The notes below the pieces were generated by a model. It was given only the letters and a program-made list of their open reading frames with translations. It did not search any database and was not told the DNA's origin. Below are positions 47,470 through 56,352 of a DNA stretch of 64,000 nt, piece after piece. The stretch's first letter is position 1; the number at the start of each line of letters is the position of its first letter. Location: positions 19,905 through 83,904 of the IMG/VR virus record IMGVR_UViG_3300006147_000008; one strand, 5' to 3'. This stretch comes from a virus. Taxonomy: Duplodnaviria; Heunggongvirae; Uroviricota; Caudoviricetes. The translations under genes were made by a program, and so were the position numbers.

Positions 47470-47504
47470 CTCAATTTATTGAGAGATTTTGTTGCTTGCT
47501 AAGG
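47470..47504 (-). promoter_or_regulatory. promoter cassette P1 (drives MTase-helicase gene); also carries leader box
   Basis: minus strand: TTAGCAAGCAACAAAATCTCTCAATAAATTGAGG. Confidence 0.5.
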
Positions 47505-47590
47505 ATAAAGTGGATGGAGGCTTTTGTATGGAGTCCTCCAAGAACCACACCCTCCATCACTATTACAAAGAGAAAGAGGGATTTGCTAAC

Positions 47591-47899
47591 CTAAGCACGA
47601 TATCCTATACCGTCTTTGGTCGGGGCCATCTCCCGATATGCCTCCTGCACAGCCTCCCATATCTGATCCTCTGTGCAATATTTCAAGTATTCGTTGTGGA
47701 TGTACTCACGGCGGGCATCACGATCCAATACCCGGTATTCGTATCTGTCACGTATCTGTGCCGCCAAACTGATCGGCTTCCGCTTTCGGTAGGGTGTGAT
47801 GCAGACATCCTCAATACGATACTGGCACTCGCCGCCATAGTTCAGAATCGTCCTTACAACGATCTCAACCCTGTCCCTATTTTCGTTTACAAATATCAT
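47591..47899 (-). CDS. hypothetical protein
   Basis: 102-aa ORF in small-gene array. Confidence 0.45.
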   Translation of the reverse strand: MIFVNENRDRVEIVVRTILNYGGECQYRIEDVCITPYRKRKPISLAAQIRDRYEYRVLDRDARREYIHNEYLKYCTEDQIWEAVQEAYREMAPTKDGIGYRA

Positions 47900-47935
47900 G
47901 TTGACACCTCCATACTTTCCCGCAAAAGGACTGTT

Positions 47936-48142
47936 TTATATCTCACGAACAACAAAATTGTATCCAACTTTGTTGAGGCGGGCCACAGTATCAGCAGCCT
48001 CCTGATACGACTCGAACTTTTTGGCACATTCCTTGATAGTTATATTGATTAGACTGTAATATTTTGGGTTTGGCCCACCATAAAAGCCAGTCGAAATCAG
48101 CTTTCCAGAATCATTTGCGGCCATCCATTCCAACACATACAT
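47936..48142 (-). CDS. hypothetical protein
   Basis: 68-aa ORF. Confidence 0.35.
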   Translation of the reverse strand: MYVLEWMAANDSGKLISTGFYGGPNPKYYSLINITIKECAKKFESYQEAADTVARLNKVGYNFVVREI

Positions 48143-48171
48143 ATCTCTGCCTCCATAAAAGAATTATTTGT

Positions 48172-49017
48172 TTAGCTAAGGTAGTCTTTGGTTGTAACCG
48201 CTACACGATCCAAGAACTGTTCCCAATCTGTATTCTGCTCATAAGACGGCCAGTTGTGGTATTCTCGAATCATGGGCCAGACCTTCTTGGCAATTTGCGG
48301 AGCGTTCAGAATTTTTACCATGGGGACAAAGTTGGTGATCCGCAGCCACGCTTTATTTTGTAGTACGATGTCGCCCCAGCAGTCCGCATAGCAGAACTTC
48401 TCCGGTCTGGTAATCCCGAAATATTTTTTCAGGTAATACGTTGTCGGTTTCCCAAAGTCGTCAGCCGGTGGCCTCCACGACCGGCTGAAATAGTCGTGAT
48501 GATTGATGTAGAGATCGTCTCCTTTTAGAAAGAGCTGGCATTTGCATTTTCCAAAAGAGACAGATGCGAATTTCATGATGCCGCACAGCTCCTGCGGCTT
48601 CTTGTGATTCTTCCCGCTGGAAAGCACAGCGTACTCCGCCTGGGGAAACAGAAACTGTTTGCAAAAATCAGCGGGGTTTGTGAGGTTCCATCCAAAGGGC
48701 ACGACAACTGCGCCTGTTTTCCACAGCTGATACTTGCAGAAATCAAACCACACGTTATCCACACTGTCCTGCATAAGCTGGACTATGCAAGCGCCCACCG
48801 GCGTATCCACCTGCAGCACATGGACGATAGAACTGTTGTGTTCCACAGTCGTACAGCTTGTTGCAGCTTCCAGCATTTGCTGAATATACGCCACATGGGA
48901 CTGTCCAACATAGTCCTCTATTATGGCGTCCGGCCAATGCTCCTGAGCCTCGGCCTGGGTGCGGTAGTAGAGAAAAAGGGTATGGCCGTCTCCCGTCTGC
49001 ACCTTGAACCGCTTCAT
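48172..49017 (-). CDS. hypothetical protein (281 aa)
   Basis: Start MKRFKV with GGAGGTG RBS downstream of promoter at 49041-49077. Confidence 0.5.
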   Translation of the reverse strand: MKRFKVQTGDGHTLFLYYRTQAEAQEHWPDAIIEDYVGQSHVAYIQQMLEAATSCTTVEHNSSIVHVLQVDTPVGACIVQLMQDSVDNVWFDFCKYQLWKTGAVVVPFGWNLTNPADFCKQFLFPQAEYAVLSSGKNHKKPQELCGIMKFASVSFGKCKCQLFLKGDDLYINHHDYFSRSWRPPADDFGKPTTYYLKKYFGITRPEKFCYADCWGDIVLQNKAWLRITNFVPMVKILNAPQIAKKVWPMIREYHNWPSYEQNTDWEQFLDRVAVTTKDYLS

Positions 49018-49040
49018 CTGAACACCTCCAAAATTGTTTC

Positions 49041-49077
49041 TATTTGTATTACAGGCGGGGAACGGCATTTGCTAACC
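49041..49077 (-). promoter_or_regulatory. promoter cassette P2
   Basis: minus: GGTTAGCAAATGCCG...CCTGTAATACAAATAG. Confidence 0.55.
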
Positions 49078-49502
49078 TACAATTTCCCTTGTTTGACAAG
49101 CTCCTGCCGCCAAGCCTGGTATCGCTCTCCGTTCACACCCTGCCATTCCTCAGTGTCGTGCGTCCACTGGTAAAGATCGGCGTCTGCGGCCTCCACCGTC
49201 GCGGCAAAATAGCACCAGCACTCCCTGACAGACTCCGAATAGTCGGCGACACTGGTGTATGCCACAACCCTTTTGGCAAATCTTCCACAGGAGCAGAAAT
49301 TTCCCATCCAGTTGAGATGACTACGCATAAACCTTATGATGTCATCCTCAGTAACCATCCGGTCAAACTCAATCCAAAACATGGACATATTTGTTTTGTT
49401 GTGCCCCTGGCAAGACATATTGGTGGGTAGTCCGTTTTCATTGAAGAAACGGACAAGAGGAATTACCCTCTTGTCCAGCTTCGACTCCACATACTGACTC
49501 AT
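49077..49502 (-). CDS. hypothetical protein
   Basis: GGAGGTAAGG RBS + MSQYVESK. Confidence 0.5.
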   Translation of the reverse strand: MSQYVESKLDKRVIPLVRFFNENGLPTNMSCQGHNKTNMSMFWIEFDRMVTEDDIIRFMRSHLNWMGNFCSCGRFAKRVVAYTSVADYSESVRECWCYFAATVEAADADLYQWTHDTEEWQGVNGERYQAWRQELVKQGKL

Positions 49503-49515
49503 GGCCTTACCTCCG

Positions 49516-49902
49516 CTAACCTACAGTTACTTTCCCGCCCAAATCTATCTCACTTTGGGCCATCAGCTTATCCGTAAAGCCATTCGTGTACTGTCCAGAA
49601 TTGCTCCGTACTGTAACAAGCTGAAACATGGTACAGATGCGTTCTGATAAGCTGGGATCAGACAATGCGTATTGGTGAAAGAGACACCGAAGATCGAATC
49701 CGGGCTTATTCGCACTGTTAAGATAGTCAAACAGCGCTTCCTCCAAAATTGACTCCATCAGCCTGCCCTTATAGTCCTCTTTCGGGCAAGCGCACTCATG
49801 GCTCATGTATGCGGCAATGGCTTCCATGGGTGTTTCTCCCGCACCTTCCAACTGGCAATGGCCTTTGCAGCACATGATGATATTGCAGGTTCTTTGTTCC
49901 AT
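49516..49902 (-). CDS. Cys-rich hypothetical protein
   Basis: Start MEQRTCNIIMCC after GGAAAGGTG; multiple Cys/His. Confidence 0.45.
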   Translation of the reverse strand: MEQRTCNIIMCCKGHCQLEGAGETPMEAIAAYMSHECACPKEDYKGRLMESILEEALFDYLNSANKPGFDLRCLFHQYALSDPSLSERICTMFQLVTVRSNSGQYTNGFTDKLMAQSEIDLGGKVTVG

Positions 49903-49910
49903 ACTCGCTC

Positions 49911-50525
49911 TCACCTTTCCTCGTATCCCCAAATGAACCCACAGTAGGGCAGACCATCCTCCAAGGCACGCTGCACCGCCAAAACCGCATTGATGGAAGC
50001 GCGAATAATCTCCTCCTTATTTTTCTTTGACGGTTTGATAAAGTTTGTAACAGCATGAAACGCAGCCTTGTTGATGTCACGGAAATATGACTTTTTGTTC
50101 GTATCCAACCGTGTTGCTGTGATGTACTTGATCTTGACCTCTGGATGGTAGTTCCCTTTGGCGGCGTTACACTTTTCGCACATTGGCTGGAGATTTTCTA
50201 CGGTATCTTCTCCGCCCTTACTCTTGGGCAGAATGTGATCCTTGGTTATCAGTGTCCCGTCATCCGCGAACAAGTTGAAATGGCGGCGGGCGGTAGAGTC
50301 ATCTCCACACAGTTTGAAGTGTGTTCCAACCTTGCCACAGCAGACACAGGTGGTGCCCTTTTGATAAAAGGTCATATACCGCAGAGAGATAGGATGTACC
50401 TTGAAACCATCCACCTCAACATCCTTGGACTTCTTCAACCGGCTGTCACGGCGAAGCAGATCACCTTCTCCAATCAGCCCAAAAACTTCCGCGATCTCAT
50501 ATCGCTTTGGCTCTATGATTTGCAT
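49911..50525 (-). CDS. HNH endonuclease
   Basis: CVCCG...DHILPKSKGGEDTVENLQPMCEKCNAAK HNH core; start MQIIEPK after AAGGAGAAG RBS. Confidence 0.7.
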   Translation of the reverse strand: MQIIEPKRYEIAEVFGLIGEGDLLRRDSRLKKSKDVEVDGFKVHPISLRYMTFYQKGTTCVCCGKVGTHFKLCGDDSTARRHFNLFADDGTLITKDHILPKSKGGEDTVENLQPMCEKCNAAKGNYHPEVKIKYITATRLDTNKKSYFRDINKAAFHAVTNFIKPSKKNKEEIIRASINAVLAVQRALEDGLPYCGFIWGYEER

Positions 50526-50535
50526 ATTCTTCTCC

Positions 50536-51216
50536 TTAGCAGTAGATTGGCTTTTCTCCACGTTCCTCGGTTTCCCCCTGGAAACAGTGGCCGCAGTATT
50601 CCCAGATGCCGTTAGGCCATTCGCCGGCCACCTTGCGGAAGGTGGCATAGGTGTTTCGCCACTTACCTGTTCTGTCATCCAGCTTGGTATCATACGGCTC
50701 ACCCATTTGAGAGCAGCCCGACCTCATGCAGGCGGGCGGTAAGCAGTCCATCGCGTTGTCCACCACAGCTTGGGTTACAAAGTCGCCGGGCTTGGCGAGA
50801 TGGTATCTGAACGTGTCCTCATCCAGCACAGGCTTACCTTCCCAGAAGTTCATCCTGTCTACCCCTGCGGCGTTCGATTTCAGCAGATACACCTCATCCA
50901 AATCCGCCAGCAGAGCCGTCAGGTGCTCCAAATCATGGGCGATGCCCAGCCGTGCCCCAACGTTGCGGCTGTCCGAGGGGTCAAGATGAGAATGATAGCA
51001 GTGGTTGATCTGGGGGATGACTTTCAGGAAGTCCGCCATGGAGGACACGGCGTTCAGCATCTCCATGATTTCAGGCCAGGTCTTATCACAGCCGTCCGCA
51101 CCGGGGCCGAAGATGGTTCTCATTGCCGAAAAATCCTCCTTGTCTCCGTTATACTCCTCAGAGACGTACCAGGTGCTGTTGCTGTCGTTCCAAAACACAA
51201 TTTTTCTTCTGGTCAT
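50536..51216 (-). CDS. hypothetical protein (226 aa)
   Basis: Driven by promoter at 51281-51315 with about 75-nt leader; RBS AAGGAGGG. Confidence 0.5.
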   Translation of the reverse strand: MTRRKIVFWNDSNSTWYVSEEYNGDKEDFSAMRTIFGPGADGCDKTWPEIMEMLNAVSSMADFLKVIPQINHCYHSHLDPSDSRNVGARLGIAHDLEHLTALLADLDEVYLLKSNAAGVDRMNFWEGKPVLDEDTFRYHLAKPGDFVTQAVVDNAMDCLPPACMRSGCSQMGEPYDTKLDDRTGKWRNTYATFRKVAGEWPNGIWEYCGHCFQGETEERGEKPIYC

Positions 51217-51280
51217 GTCGAACCCTCCTTTTTATGCCCTCCACCCAACCGAGTGGAGGGCTGGTCATGATTGTCTCCAT

Positions 51281-51315
51281 TATCATTACAGGTGAAAAAT
51301 CCCAATCCGCTAACC
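51281..51315 (-). promoter_or_regulatory. promoter cassette P4
   Basis: minus: GGTTAGCGG-N16-TGTAATGATAATGGAG. Confidence 0.5.
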
Positions 51316-51320
51316 GCCTT

Positions 51321-51911
51321 TTACAAAATTCTCAGCGGAAGAACGTATCCGGTGATATGGTTGATATCGTCCATCCAGTTCTTGGGATACACCAGCAAAG
51401 AGCAGAAGCAGCTTTGCTTACCGTACCTGCCAATGTAAACCATGGCACCAGAGCCAACAGCCTCCACAGCATCAACCAAATAGCGGGGATCATAGTACCC
51501 TTCAACCATTTCGCCATCGTTGTTTTGCGCAGTCAGCTTTACAGGAACAGCGCCAGTCTTGTGAGTCTTTCCAGCTTTCCAATCCTTGGAGAGCTTCTTC
51601 CACTCGCTGACGTGGTTGGCAGTTACAGTTAAGGCCAGGAAGTGATCGGTATACTTGTCGGAGCACTCAACTTCCCGCCGCATAACGTCCCACAACCCGT
51701 CCATCCGTTCCGCCTCCGGTACTCCGTCCGGCTTTTCTTGGAAAATCACCGCCACCATACCGTCTGTTACGATGTGGTGTTCCCAACTGGGGTGGACACC
51801 GGCCTTTTTCTCTATGCCGGTGTCCGTCTTTTTGTTCTGCTTCTCCCACTCAATATGAGAAGCCTCACGGTCGATGATCCGCTGCAAAGCGGCTTGCTGT
51901 TTCTTTGTCAT
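51321..51911 (-). CDS. hypothetical protein
   Basis: GGAGGTAAACG RBS + MTKKQQ. Confidence 0.5.
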   Translation of the reverse strand: MTKKQQAALQRIIDREASHIEWEKQNKKTDTGIEKKAGVHPSWEHHIVTDGMVAVIFQEKPDGVPEAERMDGLWDVMRREVECSDKYTDHFLALTVTANHVSEWKKLSKDWKAGKTHKTGAVPVKLTAQNNDGEMVEGYYDPRYLVDAVEAVGSGAMVYIGRYGKQSCFCSLLVYPKNWMDDINHITGYVLPLRIL

Positions 51912-52912
51912 GCAGCGTTTACCTCCACATATCTCCGCAGGTAGTTCTCCACAAACTCCTGGGCGTAGGCCGCGCTGGAAAACTTGATATCCACACGACC
52001 ATTTTTGAACAGCTTGATGTTCTTGACCTTCTCCATGTTGTTGATAGGGAACACATTGTTCTTGGTATCATACCTGAACAGCTCAGGGAACCACAGGTGT
52101 CCCTCATTCATCCGCCCGCACTGGAAATAGGCGACGGCTTCCAGCACGTGCTTTAGCCCATCAGACGCAGACCACTCAGGATAGCTCCGCCAACTGTCAT
52201 CGCGGCAGTGGCACCAGTACCCGCTGTCCAGCAGCTTGAGGGTATCATTTTTGACCTCAAACTCCTCCTCAATCTTATCAGTGCGCCAGTCCTTTCTGTG
52301 CCCGGCTTTCCAGCACCGCGCCAGCATCTCGTTCATGGCCCGCTCCTGGAAGGAGAACCCACCCAACTGGGTGATGATCTCGTCCACGATCTGCTCATAA
52401 CGCAGGGGAAGGTGTCGGAGGAGGTTGGTATGCTGCGCCACCAACTCCTTATGCTTGGCACATTTCTTATTGAAATCTTCCCGCTCCTCCTCCGTCATGC
52501 TGTTCCAGCTGCGATAGCGGCGCACATCAACAAAGTCATCGTTGGGTTTCTCCGGGATGAGGTGCTTCTTGACATCGTAAACGCTCAGTTCCACGGAATA
52601 GGTACGGGCGAAATAGTTGACCACACGGTCAATGAACATTTCATTCCGTGCCTCCATAGCACGGCGGGCATCGTCCGAAGCGAAACGGAACCCGTCGGTG
52701 TGCATATAGGGATTGTAGAAATCCTTGGTATCCTCTCCAAGGATGCCGCGCTGTTCCGCATTCAGCGCATCATACAGATCGGCCAACTGCTCCAGCGCGG
52801 GGCCAGATTTGTCGAACGCCTCCTGCTCTCGCAGGCACACCGCCTTGTCCGCCTCAGAGATACGGGCGTCGGCTTTGATCTCCACATGAGAAAATTTGTT
52901 AAGCAGACTCAT
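51908..52912 (-). CDS. hypothetical protein (334 aa)
   Basis: AGGAGGATG RBS + MSLLNKF. Confidence 0.5.
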   Translation of the reverse strand: MSLLNKFSHVEIKADARISEADKAVCLREQEAFDKSGPALEQLADLYDALNAEQRGILGEDTKDFYNPYMHTDGFRFASDDARRAMEARNEMFIDRVVNYFARTYSVELSVYDVKKHLIPEKPNDDFVDVRRYRSWNSMTEEEREDFNKKCAKHKELVAQHTNLLRHLPLRYEQIVDEIITQLGGFSFQERAMNEMLARCWKAGHRKDWRTDKIEEEFEVKNDTLKLLDSGYWCHCRDDSWRSYPEWSASDGLKHVLEAVAYFQCGRMNEGHLWFPELFRYDTKNNVFPINNMEKVKNIKLFKNGRVDIKFSSAAYAQEFVENYLRRYVEVNAA

Positions 52913-52925
52913 TGATTACATCCTC

Positions 52926-53045
52926 CTTACTGTCGTGCCCAGCGCTGCCGGGCTTTTTCCTGTGCGTACCGTTCTGCCTTGCGCTCCTGATGGCGCTCAC
53001 AGACGAGGCCACCAATCAGAAAGAGCAATCCAAAGAAGATTTCCA
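52926..53045 (-). CDS. small hydrophobic peptide (39 aa)
   Basis: MEIFFGLLFLIGGLVCERHQERKAERYAQEKARQRWARQ, single TM. Confidence 0.3.
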
Positions 53046-53049
53046 TTCG

Positions 53050-53847
53050 TCACACCTCCCTGTGCTCCACATAGTATTTAGCAAAGTCAAACTCGGTCTT
53101 GCTAACCGTGTAACTGAAATTTTCCCTAACCAAGCGGTACTCCGTTCTGGGCTTGCCCTGCCTTGTCACACCGTCCCGCTGCTCTGGCATCCAGCCGTCC
53201 CTAACCGCCTGGACAACAAACTCACGACGAGTCATTACCTTGCCATCACAACGGACAAGAGAACCGAGAACAGCATCTACCCTGCCGAAGCGCATGGGGG
53301 ACATGGTGTCTACCCATCCGAAATACTTGGCCTTGGCAGCGTCCAGCTCTGCCTGCTGGCGGGCTTTCTCCGCTGCTTCCTGTTCTTCCAGCACACGGCG
53401 GCGCTCCCTCTCCGCTGCTTCTTTGCGGGCGTAGTAGTCCAGACGGTGCTGGGCATAGCGTTCGGCGGCGGCACAATCAAACTGACGGAAGAACTCAATA
53501 TCGGCAGCACCGATGAATTTGTCCTGTTCCATACGCTCGTTCAAACTCATGTACATATGAACGGCGCTGTCAATCTGGCAGCGGCGCATGGTATCCGCAA
53601 CCCGTTCCACGGTGTATCGCTCAGGGTAAGACATTCTCTCAAACATCAGGCCGTCCAACTTGTCGTCAAAGAAGATGACCAGGTTGAACAGGAGATCGCC
53701 CCGCTCGTTTTTCGTCTCCTTGGTTTTGTAGAGTGTCCCTATCACGTGCTGCACCTCATACCAGTGGCGCACAACCTTGTTTCCGTCAGCGCCGTACTCA
53801 ATTACCCTCCGGCGCTCAAAAGGGGTGGTCAGCTTGTCCAAAGTCAT
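53050..53847 (-). CDS. hypothetical coiled-coil protein
   Basis: 265 aa; ERERRRVLEEQEAAEKARQQAELDAAKAKY segment. Confidence 0.45.
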   Translation of the reverse strand: MTLDKLTTPFERRRVIEYGADGNKVVRHWYEVQHVIGTLYKTKETKNERGDLLFNLVIFFDDKLDGLMFERMSYPERYTVERVADTMRRCQIDSAVHMYMSLNERMEQDKFIGAADIEFFRQFDCAAAERYAQHRLDYYARKEAAERERRRVLEEQEAAEKARQQAELDAAKAKYFGWVDTMSPMRFGRVDAVLGSLVRCDGKVMTRREFVVQAVRDGWMPEQRDGVTRQGKPRTEYRLVRENFSYTVSKTEFDFAKYYVEHREV

Positions 53848-54068
53848 ACAGAAAACCCCATTTCTTTTTCAAATTCCGCATGACGGCGGGCTTCGATTTC
53901 TTCAACCTTATTGGGCAGAAGATTGTACATTTTTGCGTACTCCATTGCCTCAGACTTTTTCTTGGAGAAACTTCCTCCAACTGGGATATGGGGATACCCC
54001 CTCATATGGGCATACCACAGCCCACTCTTTACATCCTTGCTTACCGTGTAGCCGCGTTTCATATTCAC
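53844..54068 (-). CDS. hypothetical protein
   Basis: 74 aa; promoter 54138-54172 upstream. Confidence 0.4.
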   Translation of the reverse strand: MNMKRGYTVSKDVKSGLWYAHMRGYPHIPVGGSFSKKKSEAMEYAKMYNLLPNKVEEIEARRHAEFEKEMGFSV

Positions 54069-54137
54069 ACCTCTTTACTAAGTTGTATGGAATGGGGTGA
54101 GGCTTTGTTTTGCGGAGCCTCCCAGACCGCCCTCCAT

Positions 54138-54172
54138 TTCATATAGCAGAATGAAACTATTCTTTGCTAACC
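54138..54172 (-). promoter_or_regulatory. promoter cassette P5
   Basis: minus: GGTTAGCAAAG-N15-TATATGAAATGGAGG. Confidence 0.55.
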
Positions 54173-54408
54173 TATCTGATCGGTTTTTTGAACGGTTGGA
54201 TGTTATAAATCACCACGCTCCCACGATCATCAAAGATATTCCCGGTTGACAGCATACGGAAGAATTTTCTCCCGCGCTCCATATCACGCAGGATCGTCCA
54301 GCTCCCAATCTTTTCGGCCTCCGGCCTGGTCAACTCCTCAAACTTAATATCGCTTGACCATCCGTCCTTGACAAACGCAGCCTTGATCTGCTCCACCGTG
54401 TTATACAT
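54172..54408 (-). CDS. hypothetical protein
   Basis: Start MYNTVEQ after GGAGGAGG RBS. Confidence 0.4.
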   Translation of the reverse strand: MYNTVEQIKAAFVKDGWSSDIKFEELTRPEAEKIGSWTILRDMERGRKFFRMLSTGNIFDDRGSVVIYNIQPFKKPIR

Positions 54409-54410
54409 GG

Positions 54411-54707
54411 CTAAACCTCCTCCAATTTGAAATAGAACGGGATGCCGGCCTGGAAAGGATAGATTGTGAATTTGTCGTCTCCCCACACCCGCATAGCATG
54501 GCCGCTCGGCTTGTCCTTGCGAATGGTCTTGCGCTTTTTGCCGTTGAACATAGTTTTGATATGGTCATATCCATATCGGTTGTTATACTCCACCAGCTTG
54601 AACACATAGGACTTCTCCGTCTCTTTGACCTCCATCACAATTTTGTAGTGGGAGTGCCAACTGTCATTGTTCTCCGCCACATAGCGTCCAGGCTTCAACA
54701 TGGTCAA
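54411..54707 (-). CDS. hypothetical protein
   Basis: 98-aa ORF. Confidence 0.4.
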   Translation of the reverse strand: MTMLKPGRYVAENNDSWHSHYKIVMEVKETEKSYVFKLVEYNNRYGYDHIKTMFNGKKRKTIRKDKPSGHAMRVWGDDKFTIYPFQAGIPFYFKLEEV

Positions 54708-54997
54708 ATCTCCTCCCCGTCATAGCAGTAGTCCAGAAAGCCATAGTGCAGGCAGTTGTTGATATCGTCCCGCAGACCATTCTCGAAGTCCATCTTGAAC
54801 AGCTTCACCTGCTGAGAAATGGACAACTCGTCCCCTTTGTCATAGGTGAACGTCTTGTCGATGATTTTCCGAACGATGAAAGATTTCAGCTTGCGGACAG
54901 AGGTAGTAGCCATCATCAGCCTCATGCTGTTACGACTTTTCCACTGGTCACAGGCGAACACGGTAAAAATCTGTTTGCTCATTTTGCACACCTCCAT
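54704..54997 (-). CDS. hypothetical protein
   Basis: 97 aa; promoter/terminator hairpin 55011-55052 upstream. Confidence 0.4.
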   Translation of the reverse strand: MEVCKMSKQIFTVFACDQWKSRNSMRLMMATTSVRKLKSFIVRKIIDKTFTYDKGDELSISQQVKLFKMDFENGLRDDINNCLHYGFLDYCYDGEEI

Positions 54998-55010
54998 TTT
55001 TATTGCCTCA

Positions 55011-55052
55011 TTCCTATTACAAAAAGAGGGGAGAGGTTAGCAAACCTCTCCC
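55011..55052 (-). promoter_or_regulatory. promoter cassette P6; -35 box lies inside a terminator hairpin
   Basis: GGGGAGAGGTTAGCAAACCTCTCCCC palindrome; minus-strand TGTAATAGGAATGAGG follows. Confidence 0.5.
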
Positions 55053-55187
55053 CTGATACAATCCTTCCAATGCTTTGAGCGCATTCTTAATCTTGAACTC
55101 AAATTTATCCATGCTCACACCGATGCTTTGAACCACCGTGCAAATGCGGTCGATTATAAACTGCTCCATATTTGACCTCCTTGGTTG

Positions 55188-55580
55188 TCAACCTATTACA
55201 TTCCAGCTCCATGCGCCGTCCACCATAGGGCGCAGAAACTTGTCACAGATACATTGAGCGGCGGCGATCCCCTCGTCCATAGCGTCCATAAACTTGGCGA
55301 TCTCCTCCATAGTCAGGGCACCATAGGACGTGGTATCAACCCACATATCCACCCAACAGGCGTAGCCCTCGTTGTCGAAGCAGTTTTCGCTTAAAGTGGG
55401 AAGATACCGCGCATCGGGGATACCGCTACGCTTCCGTACCGTTATCCAGAGATGGTCGCCAGTAGACTTGCGCGGGCCACGCACGATTACATCATACTTG
55501 CCCACTTCATAGACCTGGCACATATCCCCATCATTCAGCGCACGCTCCTGTACAAGTATAGTCTTGATATCAGTGCTTTT
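55188..55580 (-). CDS. hypothetical protein
   Basis: Start MKSTDIK after AAGGAGGGAATG RBS. Confidence 0.45.
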   Translation of the reverse strand, partial: KSTDIKTILVQERALNDGDMCQVYEVGKYDVIVRGPRKSTGDHLWITVRKRSGIPDARYLPTLSENCFDNEGYACWVDMWVDTTSYGALTMEEIAKFMDAMDEGIAAAQCICDKFLRPMVDGAWSWNVIG

Positions 55581-55625
55581 CATTTTCGCATTCCCTCCTT
55601 GATGATGCTGAAACATATCTGCTTC

Positions 55626-55664
55626 CTATTATATTTCCAAACACAATACTGCTTTTGCTAACCT
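55626..55664 (-). promoter_or_regulatory. promoter cassette P7
   Basis: minus: GGTTAGCAAAAG-N14-AAATATAATAGGAAG. Confidence 0.55.
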
Positions 55665-55671
55665 CTGAAAT

Positions 55672-55703
55672 AAAAAAAGCGGTGGAGCGTTTAGCCCCAC
55701 CGC
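55672..55703 (-). terminator. intrinsic terminator
   Basis: GCGGTGG...CCACCGC hairpin + T7 on minus strand. Confidence 0.7.
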
Positions 55704-55713
55704 TTGATACGGG

Positions 55714-55953
55714 TCAATCATACACGAAATTTTCCCGCCCGATATATTCGCCGTTCGCATAGTCCTCATCAACGTAGCCGGAATACCAGACAAGCTCACC
55801 ATGCTGCTCCGTCAGATCATTCAGCTTTTCCATACAGTCACCTTCATCGTTGCCGCCGACCGTCACCTCAAAGTCATCTGCGAACCGTCCGCACATTCTA
55901 AACGGCTCCAAAATACGGCTGTCAATATCGGAAATGGTGTTATAATAAATCAT
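55714..55953 (-). CDS. hypothetical protein
   Basis: 79 aa; AGGAGGATG RBS; ends at terminator 55672-55703. Confidence 0.4.
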   Translation of the reverse strand: MIYYNTISDIDSRILEPFRMCGRFADDFEVTVGGNDEGDCMEKLNDLTEQHGELVWYSGYVDEDYANGEYIGRENFVYD

Positions 55954-55966
55954 CAGTTACATCCTC

Positions 55967-56260
55967 CTAAATTTCACTTCTGTAAACAGTGAAGTCGTAG
56001 CTGTTGTCCGTTACCTCCTCCACCCACAACTGGCAGGTGGCGTCGTTGCCGTACTTGTCCCAGGCGATGTGCTCCGCTTCCTCCTGACTGTCGGCCAACA
56101 CCACGCCGCAACGTTTTCCGATATGCTCATCAGTACGGCGGTGGCACACAGTCATACAGAAGAAGAAAATCTTTTTGCCGTCCATGTTGTATCCTTCCTC
56201 CCCGTATAGCCGATGGGACAGCTTTATTGTATCAAACATCCAGCTCATTTGCAAGGGCAT
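55967..56260 (-). CDS. hypothetical protein
   Basis: 97 aa; promoter 56266-56305. Confidence 0.4.
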   Translation of the reverse strand: MPLQMSWMFDTIKLSHRLYGEEGYNMDGKKIFFFCMTVCHRRTDEHIGKRCGVVLADSQEEAEHIAWDKYGNDATCQLWVEEVTDNSYDFTVYRSEI

Positions 56261-56265
56261 AGGCT

Positions 56266-56305
56266 CCTATTACATTTACAAACCGTTCTAAAATATTGCT
56301 AACTA
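56266..56305 (-). promoter_or_regulatory. promoter cassette P8
   Basis: minus: AGTTAGCAATA...GTAAATGTAATAGGAGCC. Confidence 0.5.
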
Positions 56306-56352
56306 AAAATTACAGGCGAGGCAGATTTCTCCACCTCGCCTGTTTTATTTTA
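56305..56352. terminator. bidirectional intrinsic terminator
   Basis: CAGGCGAGG...CCTCGCCTG hairpin flanked by A- and T-runs. Confidence 0.65.

Noticed and set aside
49511-49521. GCTAACC match 12 nt upstream of the start codon of gene 49077-49502
   Set aside because: It has no downstream -10 box and no room for one before the RBS; probably a chance partial match rather than a promoter copy.
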